The position numbers and the translations under genes were made by a program. The notes beneath the pieces are model-generated. The model saw nothing but the letters and a program-made list of their open reading frames with translations, was not told where the DNA came from and did no database searches. A stretch of DNA of 64,000 nucleotides from Candidatus Marinacidobacterales bacterium. Its GTDB lineage: Bacteria; Acidobacteriota; Vicinamibacteria; Marinacidobacterales; DATDRI01. The stretch lies in the NCBI GenBank assembly GCA_965226495.1, contig OZ245365.1:4608001-4672000 (forward strand). Reading direction: 5' to 3'. The stretch's first letter is position 1; every line of letters starts with the position of its first letter. Shown one piece after another: positions 10,761 through 20,169 of the stretch.

Positions 10761-11582
10761 ATGGGTGAATGGGACGACGTCGAAATAGAACAGGAGGAGC
10801 TTCCGCGGGGCCACGGGACGCAACGTCCCGGACTTTGGCCCATCGCCGGAGTGGTCGGCTTGCTGGCGTTCTGCCTCGGCTTCTACTTCTTCTTTTGGAA
10901 GAACCGCGCTCCCGAGCCTGCCCCAGTTGCTGAAGCTCCGCCCCCTGCGCCGGTTGAGTTCTTGGAAGAGCCGGAGCCCGAACCCGACATCGAGCTTCCG
11001 CCCCTCGGCGAAAGCGATGATTTCGTCCGGGGGCTGATCGGGAAGTTGTCGTCCCACCCTGAGGTCGCTTCATGGCTTGTCACGAAAGACTTGGTGCGAA
11101 GGTTGACGATGGTCGTGGACAACATCGCCGAAGGCGAAAGCCCTCGAGCCCACCTCCGATTTCTGGACCCAGAAGAGCCGTTTCAAGCAGTGGAGAGGGC
11201 GAATCGGTTCTACATCGACCCGGCGGGCTACGAGCGCTACAACCTCGTCGCCGACATCATCGAATCTCTGGACACCGCGGGGTCCGTCGAGCTCTACCGG
11301 AACATCAAACCCCTCATCGACGAGGCGTATCGGGAGCTCGGCCGGGTCGACGGCAGCTTCGACGAAACCCTTTCATTGGCCATGGAACAGTTGCTGGAGA
11401 CGCCGGTGCCGGAGGATAGAGTCGAGCTCATTGCGCGGTTCCGAAGCTATCACTACGCCGATCCCGACCTGGAATCCCTCTCCCCCGCTCAGAAGCACTT
11501 CTTCCGCATGGGCCCGCGTAATGTGCGGAAGATTCAGAGTAAGCTAAAAGAGTTGGCGCGAGGCTTAGGACTCAGCGTCTAA
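10761..11582 (+). CDS. DUF3014 domain protein
   Basis: TM anchor, LPPL.ESD, VDNIAEG, YADPDLESLSPAQK..RMGP.N. Confidence 0.85.
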   Translation: MGEWDDVEIEQEELPRGHGTQRPGLWPIAGVVGLLAFCLGFYFFFWKNRAPEPAPVAEAPPPAPVEFLEEPEPEPDIELPPLGESDDFVRGLIGKLSSHPEVASWLVTKDLVRRLTMVVDNIAEGESPRAHLRFLDPEEPFQAVERANRFYIDPAGYERYNLVADIIESLDTAGSVELYRNIKPLIDEAYRELGRVDGSFDETLSLAMEQLLETPVPEDRVELIARFRSYHYADPDLESLSPAQKHFFRMGPRNVRKIQSKLKELARGLGLSV

Positions 11583-11587
11583 CGGGT

Positions 11588-11659
11588 GGGGTCTGATCTA
11601 AAAATGTGCACGTGCACATTTTTAGATCAGACCCCTGTGATATTTCTGGATCTGACCCC
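11588..11659. repeat. Perfect 48-bp palindrome plus an extra GATCTGACCCC unit (repeat family A)
   Basis: GGGGTCTGATCTAAAAATGTGCAC|GTGCACATTTTTAGATCAGACCCC at 11588-11635; related copies near 20350-20418 and 42343-42416. Confidence 0.9.
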
Positions 11660-11996
11660 AGCGGCTGTGCACTCTAAATGATGACGCGGCGGGGGAATCG
11701 GGAGTCCCAACCTCGCAGGGCCTCACCAAGAGGCTCCACCTCCCGGCTCTTCCCGCCATGGTTCCTATAGGCAATTCCCGGGCCATGCGGGGCGACCACT
11801 CGATCACTGTAGGAGATAACGACTTACGTGAGCTGTCGAGGCTCGGGGCGGGTCGTTTGCGTAGGGAAAGGTCTACGCCGAATCGGTAAAAGGCAACAGT
11901 CGACTTAATCCTTGATCTTAGAGGTCTTTTTCACGAACATGAGGGCCGGCGAGTTCAGCCCCAACCCTGAACGTGGGGACCGGGAGCAGAACCTGA

Positions 11997-12134
11997 TCGT
12001 CCGCGCCCGGCTCGTCATTCCCGCTTCCTCGTAAAGGTCGCCGAGGCCGGCCAGGCACTCCGCGTCAAAGAATCGGCTTCTTCCATCAGCTTCGATGGTC
12101 TCGTGGTAGTGCATGTCGCGAAAGTGTCGCTGGG
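11997..12134 (-). repeat. Partial, internally deleted duplicate of the 3' end of the neighbouring DUF4388 gene
   Basis: ~11997-12068 matches ~12342-12413; ~12074-12133 matches ~12534-12593 with one extra base. Confidence 0.85.
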
Positions 12135-12273
12135 GCCCCGGTCTCCACCGCCTCTAGCAAACCTCGCCTGCGAGAAATTGCCCTAAGCCGTGGCTACCGA
12201 GATCGCCTTTTGGCTTTTCGGGAACAGGATGACTTTACGCCAGCAGCCCCGTTAGCGTCAAACTGCGTCGGTT

Positions 12274-13794
12274 TCAGTGAACCCGCAGCTTCTGTTTCAG
12301 TTCTTCGCTGCCCGGCTCTAACTCGAGCGCGCGGGCGTACATCGTCCGCGCCCGGCTCGTCATTCCCGCTTCCTCGTAAAGGTCGCCGAGGCCGGCCAGG
12401 CACTCCGCGTCAAACGCGTCGATTTCGAGCGCCGCTTGAAAGTGCTCCTCGGACCTTCTTCTCCACTTAGGATTTTTTGCCAGCGCCTGCGCGAGGAGTT
12501 TGTGGTAAGACGGCTTGCCAGGATCGAAGCGTACGGCTTCTTCCATCAGCTCGATGGTCTCGTGGTAGTGCATGTCGCGAAAGTGTCGCTGGGCCTCCCG
12601 GTAGTAGCGGGCGGCAATATTTTCCACGGAAGACGATGAGACTTTTTCGGGTTTCTTGTTGAGGAAGTCCCTAGGCCTCAGATCCTCCCCACGAACCGCC
12701 TCGGTGCGCAACGAATTGTCGAAACGACGTCGATCGACAGCGTTCGCGAGAACCTTGTGGGCTTCGGTCAACTTCGACAAGATCTCTTCGAGATCCCCCC
12801 GAAGGTAAGAAAGTCGCGTCGAGCGAAGGCGATCCGGATGGTATCTCTTAACCATCGTGAGATAGGCTTTTCGGATATCTTCCTTTTCCGCGCCGCGTTT
12901 CACTTCGAGGCAATCGTAGAATGTTCCCGCGGCGACCGTCGAACGTTTGGTTAGGATGTCGTCGCGAATCCACTCTTCTTCAGGAGAAAGCTTCAGTTCC
13001 CCAGGCTTAGACTTTTTTTTTGCTGGCTTCGATTTGATCCCGGTTTGATGGAACGGATCCTCGCGCTTCGCGGATGGCACCAGCTTGCGACTCTTCCCTC
13101 CGAGCTCCAAGAACCCTCCGGAGACCAGTGCATACAGGCACCGGAGTGTTTCCTCATCGGTCAGAGGCGATATGGACAATATGTCCGCGGTAGTCGACTG
13201 ACCATCTACACGGGATAGAACGAAGCTCTCCTCGGGGGTCAAGGTGAAGTCCAGGGAAACCACCGAAAAGCTCTTCGCGTAGCTCACCATGCTCTTTGGA
13301 TCGCCCAAAGCGCGGCGGACCACTTCGGGGTCGTCCATGTGGCGGACCCCTTCGAGGATCACGGGAATGGTCGGCAACGTAAGTGCTATATCGTCAGCAA
13401 TCGGGCTGGTGTGTTCGCTAAACCGGTACTCCCCACTGGTCCAAGGGAAGACGGAGTAGATGATGGCGAGGACCTGTTCCGCCACCCTTACTTCCACCTC
13501 ACTCTCGGTCATCAGTCCCATGTCGACGAAAGCCTCTCCCAGCCTCCTCCCGGTGTCTTTCACCTTCTGAGAGGCGAGCGCCAGATGCGAGTTGGTCATC
13601 TTCTTGTTCCGGACTAGGAACTCGCCCAATCTGTCGGCGCGGTGGCTCGAGTTGGCGAATATCATCGTCCCCTCGCCGAAGTAGATCCGCTTGCTGATCT
13701 TGTCCCGAGACAAGCTGAGGATCCCGGTGTCCCGAGAGTCGCTGATCGAGTGGATGATCTCGGGAAGGAAATCGTTGTTTAGGCTTCCCCGCAC
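12274..13794 (-). CDS. DUF4388 + DnaJ-domain + TPR protein
   Basis: N-terminal DUF4388 (RLGEFLV, G.Y.F), J-domain YHPD motif, TPR C-terminus; AGGAGG RBS. Confidence 0.85.
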   Translation of the reverse strand: MRGSLNNDFLPEIIHSISDSRDTGILSLSRDKISKRIYFGEGTMIFANSSHRADRLGEFLVRNKKMTNSHLALASQKVKDTGRRLGEAFVDMGLMTESEVEVRVAEQVLAIIYSVFPWTSGEYRFSEHTSPIADDIALTLPTIPVILEGVRHMDDPEVVRRALGDPKSMVSYAKSFSVVSLDFTLTPEESFVLSRVDGQSTTADILSISPLTDEETLRCLYALVSGGFLELGGKSRKLVPSAKREDPFHQTGIKSKPAKKKSKPGELKLSPEEEWIRDDILTKRSTVAAGTFYDCLEVKRGAEKEDIRKAYLTMVKRYHPDRLRSTRLSYLRGDLEEILSKLTEAHKVLANAVDRRRFDNSLRTEAVRGEDLRPRDFLNKKPEKVSSSSVENIAARYYREAQRHFRDMHYHETIELMEEAVRFDPGKPSYHKLLAQALAKNPKWRRRSEEHFQAALEIDAFDAECLAGLGDLYEEAGMTSRARTMYARALELEPGSEELKQKLRVH

Positions 13795-14094
13795 GAAACA
13801 CCTCCTGAATGGCTACAAGCCTTCTTGAACCTGCTCGTGAAGACGAGCCGAAACGATTGCGTTTTCCTGCTGGCGGGATGTGCTTGATTCTGCCGGGGCA
13901 CGACGCAACCTTCGTTATAAAGATTCATAGTTCTCTGGATCCTGCTCTCTGAAGGAAATAGTACGGGAGAGACGTGCGAAGAGGTATGCGCCGAAACACG
14001 GGGATTTTCCGACATCGAATGTGGGGGAAATCCCACGGGTGTGGGAGAGACAACAAAGGGCTCTCCGGCGGTTGCCGAAGAGCCCTAAAGTGGC

Positions 14095-15528
14095 CTAGTG
14101 AACTGGTGTCCCGAACGGTCCCGCGAGTCGCACCGAAGAAATGCCACGCCTCGCGTGGCGGTGCGCCTCGATTTGCCGGAGAGGAGTCTCGAAGAAGAAC
14201 TCCTCCTCATCGAAGGCCGGCTCGAGCTGATCCAGCCAAGTAGCCTCTGGATCGTATCGGGCGAAGAAGGGCCGTCCTACCCAACGCGGATCTCGCGCTT
14301 GGATGAACTTGAGGACTATTACCTTCTCCCCGTGAGCCGTCGCGATGCCGTCCACGATAACCTTGCCCGGAGTCGTGGACATCGATGGTCCTCGAACGGT
14401 GCGCGCGAGCCCGGAAACCTGTCGGTACGCCTCGTTGAAGATCTGAAACGCTTCGACCAGCGGAAGCTCGAAGTATTCCTTGGCGCCGGTATCTCGCTCC
14501 ACGAACATGTAGTACGGAATCGCGCCCAACCGCACCTGTTTGCGCCACATGGTGGCCCAGATGTCGGCGTGGTCATTGACCCGGCGAATCAGCGGTGCTT
14601 GGCAGCGAACCACAGCACCGGCGTTTCGGATCCGGCGCACCGCCTTCTCGGCGATCGGGGTCGAGAGCTCTTTTGGGTGGCTGTAGTGAGCCATCACCGA
14701 CACACTCCGACCACTCTCGCGGATCTCCTCGAAGAGTGTGAGGAGCGCGTCCGCGTCCTGGTTGCCAACGAATCGGTACGGCCAATAGGCGGGTGCCTTG
14801 GTACCGAAGCGAATGCTGACCAGATTCTCGAGCGAGGGATCGAGCAGGGGCTCTACGTACCTCCTCAGGACCTGGGTCTTCATGATCATAGGGTCGCCAC
14901 CGGTAAACAAGACGTTAGTGACCTCAGGATGCGCGTGCAGGTAGCGCACCAATGAGTCGGCCTGCCGGGCCGCGAACTTGAGCTCGTCGATCCCGACGAA
15001 CTGTGCCCAACGAAAACAGTACGTGCAGTAGGCATGGCACGTTTGGCCCGCGGCTGGAAAGAAAAGTACGGTTTCGCCGTACTTGTGCTGGAGCCCGGAG
15101 ACAGGCTCGCCATCGACGCGCGGAACGTTGAGCTCCATTTGGCCGGCCGGATGCGGATTCAACGTTTGCTGGATCTCGCGGGCTGCGGACTGGATCTCTT
15201 GTTCCGTTGCCCCACCCCGCACCAGGGCGAACATTCTTTCGAAGTCCTCCCTCCTCAGCATGTCCGTCTGAGGAAAGGTCATCTGATAAATAGGATCATC
15301 GGGGATGTTCGACCAGTCGATGAGGTCGTCCAGGACATAGTTATTGACTCGGAACGGAAGGACCGCAGAGACGGCCTTCATTGAGGTGACTTGGGTTGGA
15401 GAAAGGCTCTCTAGCTGTGGGATCTCGTCGATATGCCTGCGTGTGAACACGCGGAACTGGCGATCCTCCAGGGCCGTAGCATTCGGGTGGGCTGAGTTGT
15501 TCGTGTTTTCTTTTTTCTTCGTGTTGAT
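14095..15528 (-). CDS. KamA-family radical SAM protein (lysine 2,3-aminomutase-like); start uncertain
   Basis: CHAYCTYC motif, LFTGGDP, QAPL...VND, PYYMF. Confidence 0.88.
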   Translation of the reverse strand: MNTKKKENTNNSAHPNATALEDRQFRVFTRRHIDEIPQLESLSPTQVTSMKAVSAVLPFRVNNYVLDDLIDWSNIPDDPIYQMTFPQTDMLRREDFERMFALVRGGATEQEIQSAAREIQQTLNPHPAGQMELNVPRVDGEPVSGLQHKYGETVLFFPAAGQTCHAYCTYCFRWAQFVGIDELKFAARQADSLVRYLHAHPEVTNVLFTGGDPMIMKTQVLRRYVEPLLDPSLENLVSIRFGTKAPAYWPYRFVGNQDADALLTLFEEIRESGRSVSVMAHYSHPKELSTPIAEKAVRRIRNAGAVVRCQAPLIRRVNDHADIWATMWRKQVRLGAIPYYMFVERDTGAKEYFELPLVEAFQIFNEAYRQVSGLARTVRGPSMSTTPGKVIVDGIATAHGEKVIVLKFIQARDPRWVGRPFFARYDPEATWLDQLEPAFDEEEFFFETPLRQIEAHRHARRGISSVRLAGPFGTPVH

Positions 15529-15711
15529 AACGCCCTCCTTTCTATATTCTCGAACCCGACAAACGTGTAGCGACGCACTTTTAGCGCATGCCATTGATGC
15601 GGACATACTGGAAGGGAATCCTCCAGTTTTCAGAGTCCAAACGCCTGGCGCTCACGAGGAGCGGAGGGGCCGGCGGTTGGCACTGGAAACCCTTCCCAGT
15701 CGGGGAACTAC

Positions 15712-15740
15712 ATTATACCAAAATCGCCGTAACTGTTCAA
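15712..15740 (-). promoter_or_regulatory. Sigma70-type promoter for the KamA-like gene
   Basis: TTGAAC-17 nt-TATAAT on the minus strand. Confidence 0.7.
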
Positions 15741-15842
15741 GTACAAGAACTTGGAGCGTGGCACCCGCCCCATCCACGACTGTGTTATTCTCCTCAACCC
15801 AGTGGCAGCCTTTTCGGCGCTCACCGCTCTTGGAGATAACGC

Positions 15843-18800
15843 GTGCACCGTATCATATTTTTGGTTTTCCTGCTCCCTATCACCCTGGCCGCCCATTCGC
15901 CTGCCGTTGCCTCGACTCAGTCTGGAACCAGCCAGCTGAAGGCGGAAACCTTCAAGGGGCTGGCCCTCCGGGGCATCGGTCCCGCTTTGATGTCGGGCCG
16001 CATTGCCGACATTGCCGTCCATCCTCGGGATCGCAGCACCTGGTACGTGGCCGTCGGTTCCGGTGGGGTCTGGAAGACCACCAATGGGGGGACCACGTGG
16101 ACGCCCATTTTCGACGGCGAATCCTCGTATTCGGTCGGATGCGTCGCGATCGACCCCCAAAATCCCGAAGTGGTCTGGGTGGGGAGCGGCGAAAACGTGA
16201 GCGGTCGCCACGTGGGCTACGGGGACGGTGTCTATCGGAGCCGAGACGGCGGAAAGACCTGGAGCAACGTGGGGCTCGAGGCATCGGAGCACATTGGCAA
16301 GATCCTCATCGACCCCCGCGACTCGGACGTCGTCTACGTGGCCGCGGAGGGCCCACTGTGGGCGGCAGGCGGCGACCGGGGTGTCTACAAGACCCAGGAC
16401 GGAGGTGAGACCTGGAACCACGTCCTCGAGATCAGCGAGAACACCGGAGTGACCGACCTGGAGCTCGATCCGCGGAATCCCGATGTCTTGTACGCTGCCG
16501 CGTACCAGCGCCGGCGACACATTTGGTCGCTGCTGGCGGGCGGCGAGGAATCGGGAATCTACAAGACAACGAATGCAGGGGCCGACTGGAGGGAACTCGA
16601 CAACGGTCTACCTTCGGGAGACATGGGCCGAATCGGCTTGGCGGTTTCCCCCATCGAGCCAGACATCGTCTATGCGACGATCGAGGCGGGCGAGGACGAC
16701 AAGGGGTTTTACCGCTCCGCCAACGCCGGCGAGAGCTGGGAGAAGAGGAGCGACTACATTAGTAATGGAACCGGTCCTCATTATTATCAGGAGATCTACG
16801 CCTCGCCTCACAAGCTGGACCGGATCTACCAAATGGACGTCTGGATCCGCGTGAGCGAAGACGGAGGGAAGACCTTCGAGAAACTGGGTGCGCCCGATAA
16901 ACACTCCGACAACCATGCGCTAGCCTTCGACCCCGGAGACCCTGATTACTTGCTGGCGGGTTGTGATGGAGGTCTGTACCAGAGCTGGGATCACGCTGAG
17001 AGCTGGAGTTTCGTCGCCAACCTTCCGGTAACCCAGTTCTACAAGATGGCCATCGACAATGACTACCCGTTCTACAACGTTGTGGGCGGCACTCAGGATA
17101 ACAACACCCAGGTCGGACCGTCGCAAACAGGCAACCAGAACGGAATCCAAAACAGCGATTGGTACGTCACGGTCGGCGGTGACGGGTACGCCTGCCAGAT
17201 CGACCCGAGCGATCCGAACATCATCTATTCGGAGTCGCAGTACGGGGGTTTGATGCGCTACGACCGGAGGAACGGCGAGCTTCTTGATATCAAGCCTCAG
17301 CCGGCCAAGGGCGATCCACCCGAGCGATGGAACTGGGACTCCCCAATCTTTATTAGTCCGCACTCCCACACGCGGCTCTATTTCGGCTCGCAGCGCCTGT
17401 GGCGAAGTGAGGACCGCGGTGATAGTTGGACACCGGTAAGCGGCGACCTCTCAAGGGATCGCAATCGATACGAGCTCGAGATGATGGGACGCGTGTGGAG
17501 CGTCGACGCCCTCTACGACAACGGCGCCATGTCCTGGTACGGGAACACGACGGCGATTTCGGAATCTCCGCTCGAAGAAGGTCTCATCTACGTCGGGACC
17601 GATGACGGCATCATCCAAGTAACGGAAGATGGCGGCGGAAGCTGGAGGCGTATCGACACGTTTCCGGGCGTTCCCGAGCTAGCGTTCGTGAGTGAGATCA
17701 AGGCGTCGGTCCACGACGCCAACACCGTCTTCGTGGTTTTGGACAACCACAAGGTGGGAGACTTCAAGCCATACATCTTGAAGAGCAGCGACCGAGGAGC
17801 GACTTGGAGGTCCATCTCCGGTGATATGCCGGCGCGGCACATCGTCTGGTCGATTGTTCAAGACCACGTCGACGCGAGTCTATTGTTTGCGGGCACGGAG
17901 TTCGGTATCTTTTTCACCGTCGACGGGGGTGCGCATTGGGTTCGACTGGAAGGCGGACTGCCGACGATTCCGTTTCGGGACCTCGAGATCCAGCGCCGGG
18001 AGAGCGACTTGGTGGGCGCGTCGTTCGGACGCGGTTTCTACATCTTGGACGACTACTCACCGCTCCGACGGCTGAGCGCCGCCACTTTGACCGCGGACGC
18101 CCATCTCTTTCCGGTCAAAAACGCGCTGCTTTATGTCCCCTCCATCCCACTCGGTTTGAGGGGCAAGGCGAGTCTGGGGGGCAGCCATTTCATGGCTCCC
18201 AACCCACCCTTCGGGGCGGTTTTCACTTACTATTTGAAGGACTCACCGAAATCCAGCAAGGAGCTTCGAAGGGATGGAGAAAAGGAAATTCGAGAGAAGG
18301 GTGGCGACGTCCCGTTTCCCGGATGGGAAACGCTCGAACGGGAAGACCGCGAGGAGGAGCCGTCGATCATTCTTACCGTGAAGGATAACGACGGAAACGT
18401 AGTGCGACGCATCTCGGGACCTTCGGGCAAGGGTTTTCACCGAGTTGCCTGGAACCTGCGCTATCCGGCACCGAACCCGACCGACGTCGATCCACCCGCG
18501 GTGACCTCGCCGTGGCAACGTCAACCCCAGGGCCCGCTGGCTATGTCTGGGCAGTACTCGGTGGAATTGAGCAAATTGGTGAACGGGAAACTCGAGTGCG
18601 TGGCGGAGAGTCAGTCCTTTCAGGTCGTTCCCTTGGAGAACTCGACCCTTCCTCCACAGAATCGCGAGGCGGTGCGCGCTTTCGAGAAAAAGACCGCCGA
18701 TCTCGCTCGAAAAGCGTTGGGTGCGGTCGATGCTACCGAGGAAGCGCTCAACCGGATCGAGCACTTGAAACAAGCCATCCTCGATACGCCGGGTGCATCG

Positions 18801-19130
18801 CCTGAGCTTCTGTCGCGGGCTGAGGACATTGAGCTGCGACTCAAAGACGTCCAGAAGAAGCTGGAAGGCGATCCGGTCGTCCGGCGGCTGCGAGAACCGC
18901 AGACGCCCTCGATCGTCGGGCGCATCTCCCAGATCACCTACGGTTCGTGGAAGTCGACTTACGGGCCCACCGAAACCCATCGCCAGAGCTTGGAACTTGC
19001 CGCCGAAGAGTTCGCGGAGGCGAGCGCGGAACTCCGGCGACTCACCGAGACGGATATCAAACAACTGGAGTCAGTATTGGAACAGGCCGGCGCGCCTTGG
19101 ACACCTGGTCGGGCCGCTCCGCAGGATTAG
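15843..19130 (+). CDS. VPS10/BNR-repeat glycosyl hydrolase-like exported protein
   Basis: IGPALMSGRI, many SxDGGxTW Asp-box repeats, GGTQDN. Confidence 0.9.
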   Translation: MHRIIFLVFLLPITLAAHSPAVASTQSGTSQLKAETFKGLALRGIGPALMSGRIADIAVHPRDRSTWYVAVGSGGVWKTTNGGTTWTPIFDGESSYSVGCVAIDPQNPEVVWVGSGENVSGRHVGYGDGVYRSRDGGKTWSNVGLEASEHIGKILIDPRDSDVVYVAAEGPLWAAGGDRGVYKTQDGGETWNHVLEISENTGVTDLELDPRNPDVLYAAAYQRRRHIWSLLAGGEESGIYKTTNAGADWRELDNGLPSGDMGRIGLAVSPIEPDIVYATIEAGEDDKGFYRSANAGESWEKRSDYISNGTGPHYYQEIYASPHKLDRIYQMDVWIRVSEDGGKTFEKLGAPDKHSDNHALAFDPGDPDYLLAGCDGGLYQSWDHAESWSFVANLPVTQFYKMAIDNDYPFYNVVGGTQDNNTQVGPSQTGNQNGIQNSDWYVTVGGDGYACQIDPSDPNIIYSESQYGGLMRYDRRNGELLDIKPQPAKGDPPERWNWDSPIFISPHSHTRLYFGSQRLWRSEDRGDSWTPVSGDLSRDRNRYELEMMGRVWSVDALYDNGAMSWYGNTTAISESPLEEGLIYVGTDDGIIQVTEDGGGSWRRIDTFPGVPELAFVSEIKASVHDANTVFVVLDNHKVGDFKPYILKSSDRGATWRSISGDMPARHIVWSIVQDHVDASLLFAGTEFGIFFTVDGGAHWVRLEGGLPTIPFRDLEIQRRESDLVGASFGRGFYILDDYSPLRRLSAATLTADAHLFPVKNALLYVPSIPLGLRGKASLGGSHFMAPNPPFGAVFTYYLKDSPKSSKELRRDGEKEIREKGGDVPFPGWETLEREDREEEPSIILTVKDNDGNVVRRISGPSGKGFHRVAWNLRYPAPNPTDVDPPAVTSPWQRQPQGPLAMSGQYSVELSKLVNGKLECVAESQSFQVVPLENSTLPPQNREAVRAFEKKTADLARKALGAVDATEEALNRIEHLKQAILDTPGASPELLSRAEDIELRLKDVQKKLEGDPVVRRLREPQTPSIVGRISQITYGSWKSTYGPTETHRQSLELAAEEFAEASAELRRLTETDIKQLESVLEQAGAPWTPGRAAPQD

Positions 19131-19329
19131 TAGTAACGATGGAATCGATAATCGACGTTATCGCCGCATTCCACGAGCCCCCTCACCGACGCCTGGCCGC
19201 GTTGGCTCTTTGCAACCCGCCGCTTCGGCGTCCCCTCTCGGCGGACGACCTCTCCCCCACGGTTGGGGGAGAGGTAATAGAGGTGGTACCAGCTTCGTTG
19301 GTACAGCCTACTACGAGGTCTATTCTTAG

Positions 19330-19995
19330 ATGGATACTCTGAAGAACCTTCTCCTCACCTGGGGCATTCCGGGTCTGTTTTTTATCGCGCTCTTGGACTC
19401 CGCTGGAGTGCCCCTTCCGGGTGGCCCCGATGCGGTGGTGATGCTGCTCAGCTGGCAGCGCCCCAACTTGATACTTTTCATCGCGCTTGCCGCCGCCGTC
19501 GGCTCCACGGTGGGGAACTGGCTCCTCTACCAAGTTGGGAGAAAGGGTGGCGGAGCCGCGCTCTCTCGCTTCGACGCCAAGAAGAGAGAGTGGGTGGCGG
19601 ACAAGCTCAAGCGGAACGACTTCTTGGCGATCCTGATCGCGATGCTCGGCCCGCCGCCGTTCCCCACCAAGATCTTCATCCTCATGGCCGGCGCTTTCGA
19701 GATGCGCATGGGACGTTTCCTGCTCGCGGTCTTCGGGGGACGTTTCGTGCGCTTCCTCGGTGAAGCCTATCTGGGAGCGCGATTCGGTGACGAGGCGGCC
19801 GAGATCCTGGCGAACCACTACGGGACGATCGCTCTCGTTTTGGTTGGAGTGGTCGTGGGTTGCCTGCTAGTACGGTACCTTTGGTCTAGCGGGGTGCTCA
19901 AGAATTCACTGCACCCCGCGCGAGGAGCCATCAGCGGTCCCGAAGCCGCCCGCCGGCGAAGGGACGACGGTGGGGGTGGGGCCCCACCACACTGA
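19330..19995 (+). CDS. DedA/VTT (YqaA-like) membrane protein
   Basis: LDSAGVPLPGGPD, PPPFPTKIFILMAG, GRFVRF; 3' tail runs into a repeat. Confidence 0.85.
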   Translation: MDTLKNLLLTWGIPGLFFIALLDSAGVPLPGGPDAVVMLLSWQRPNLILFIALAAAVGSTVGNWLLYQVGRKGGGAALSRFDAKKREWVADKLKRNDFLAILIAMLGPPPFPTKIFILMAGAFEMRMGRFLLAVFGGRFVRFLGEAYLGARFGDEAAEILANHYGTIALVLVGVVVGCLLVRYLWSSGVLKNSLHPARGAISGPEAARRRRDDGGGGAPPH

Positions 19996-20130
19996 TAAAG
20001 GAGCGAGCCCGGCCCGAACGGACCGACGACAGTTAGCCGAGCAGAGCCGTCAGCCGTCCCGAAGCCGCCTAGTCGGCGAAGGGACGAGCCGTGGGGGTGG
20101 GGCCCCGCGGCCGTGATTGAGGAGCGAGGC
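19931..20130 (+). repeat. Two ~80-bp imperfect direct repeats (family B)
   Basis: TCCCGAAGCCGCC...CGGCGAAGGGACGA..GTGGGGGTGGGGCCCC...AGGAGCGAG at ~19931 and ~20050; inverted core copy near 49926. Confidence 0.8.
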
Positions 20131-20169
20131 GCCAAGCGCGCGAACGAAGAGTGAGCGCGCATTGAGGCG

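Noticed and set aside
11997-12593. Diversity-generating retroelement template/variable repeat pair
   Set aside because: No adenine-specific mismatches and no reverse transcriptase in the window
15682-15705. Cobalamin riboswitch (ACTGGGAAGG resembles the B12-box region)
   Set aside because: The motif lies right after the predicted TSS and the upstream core elements are absent
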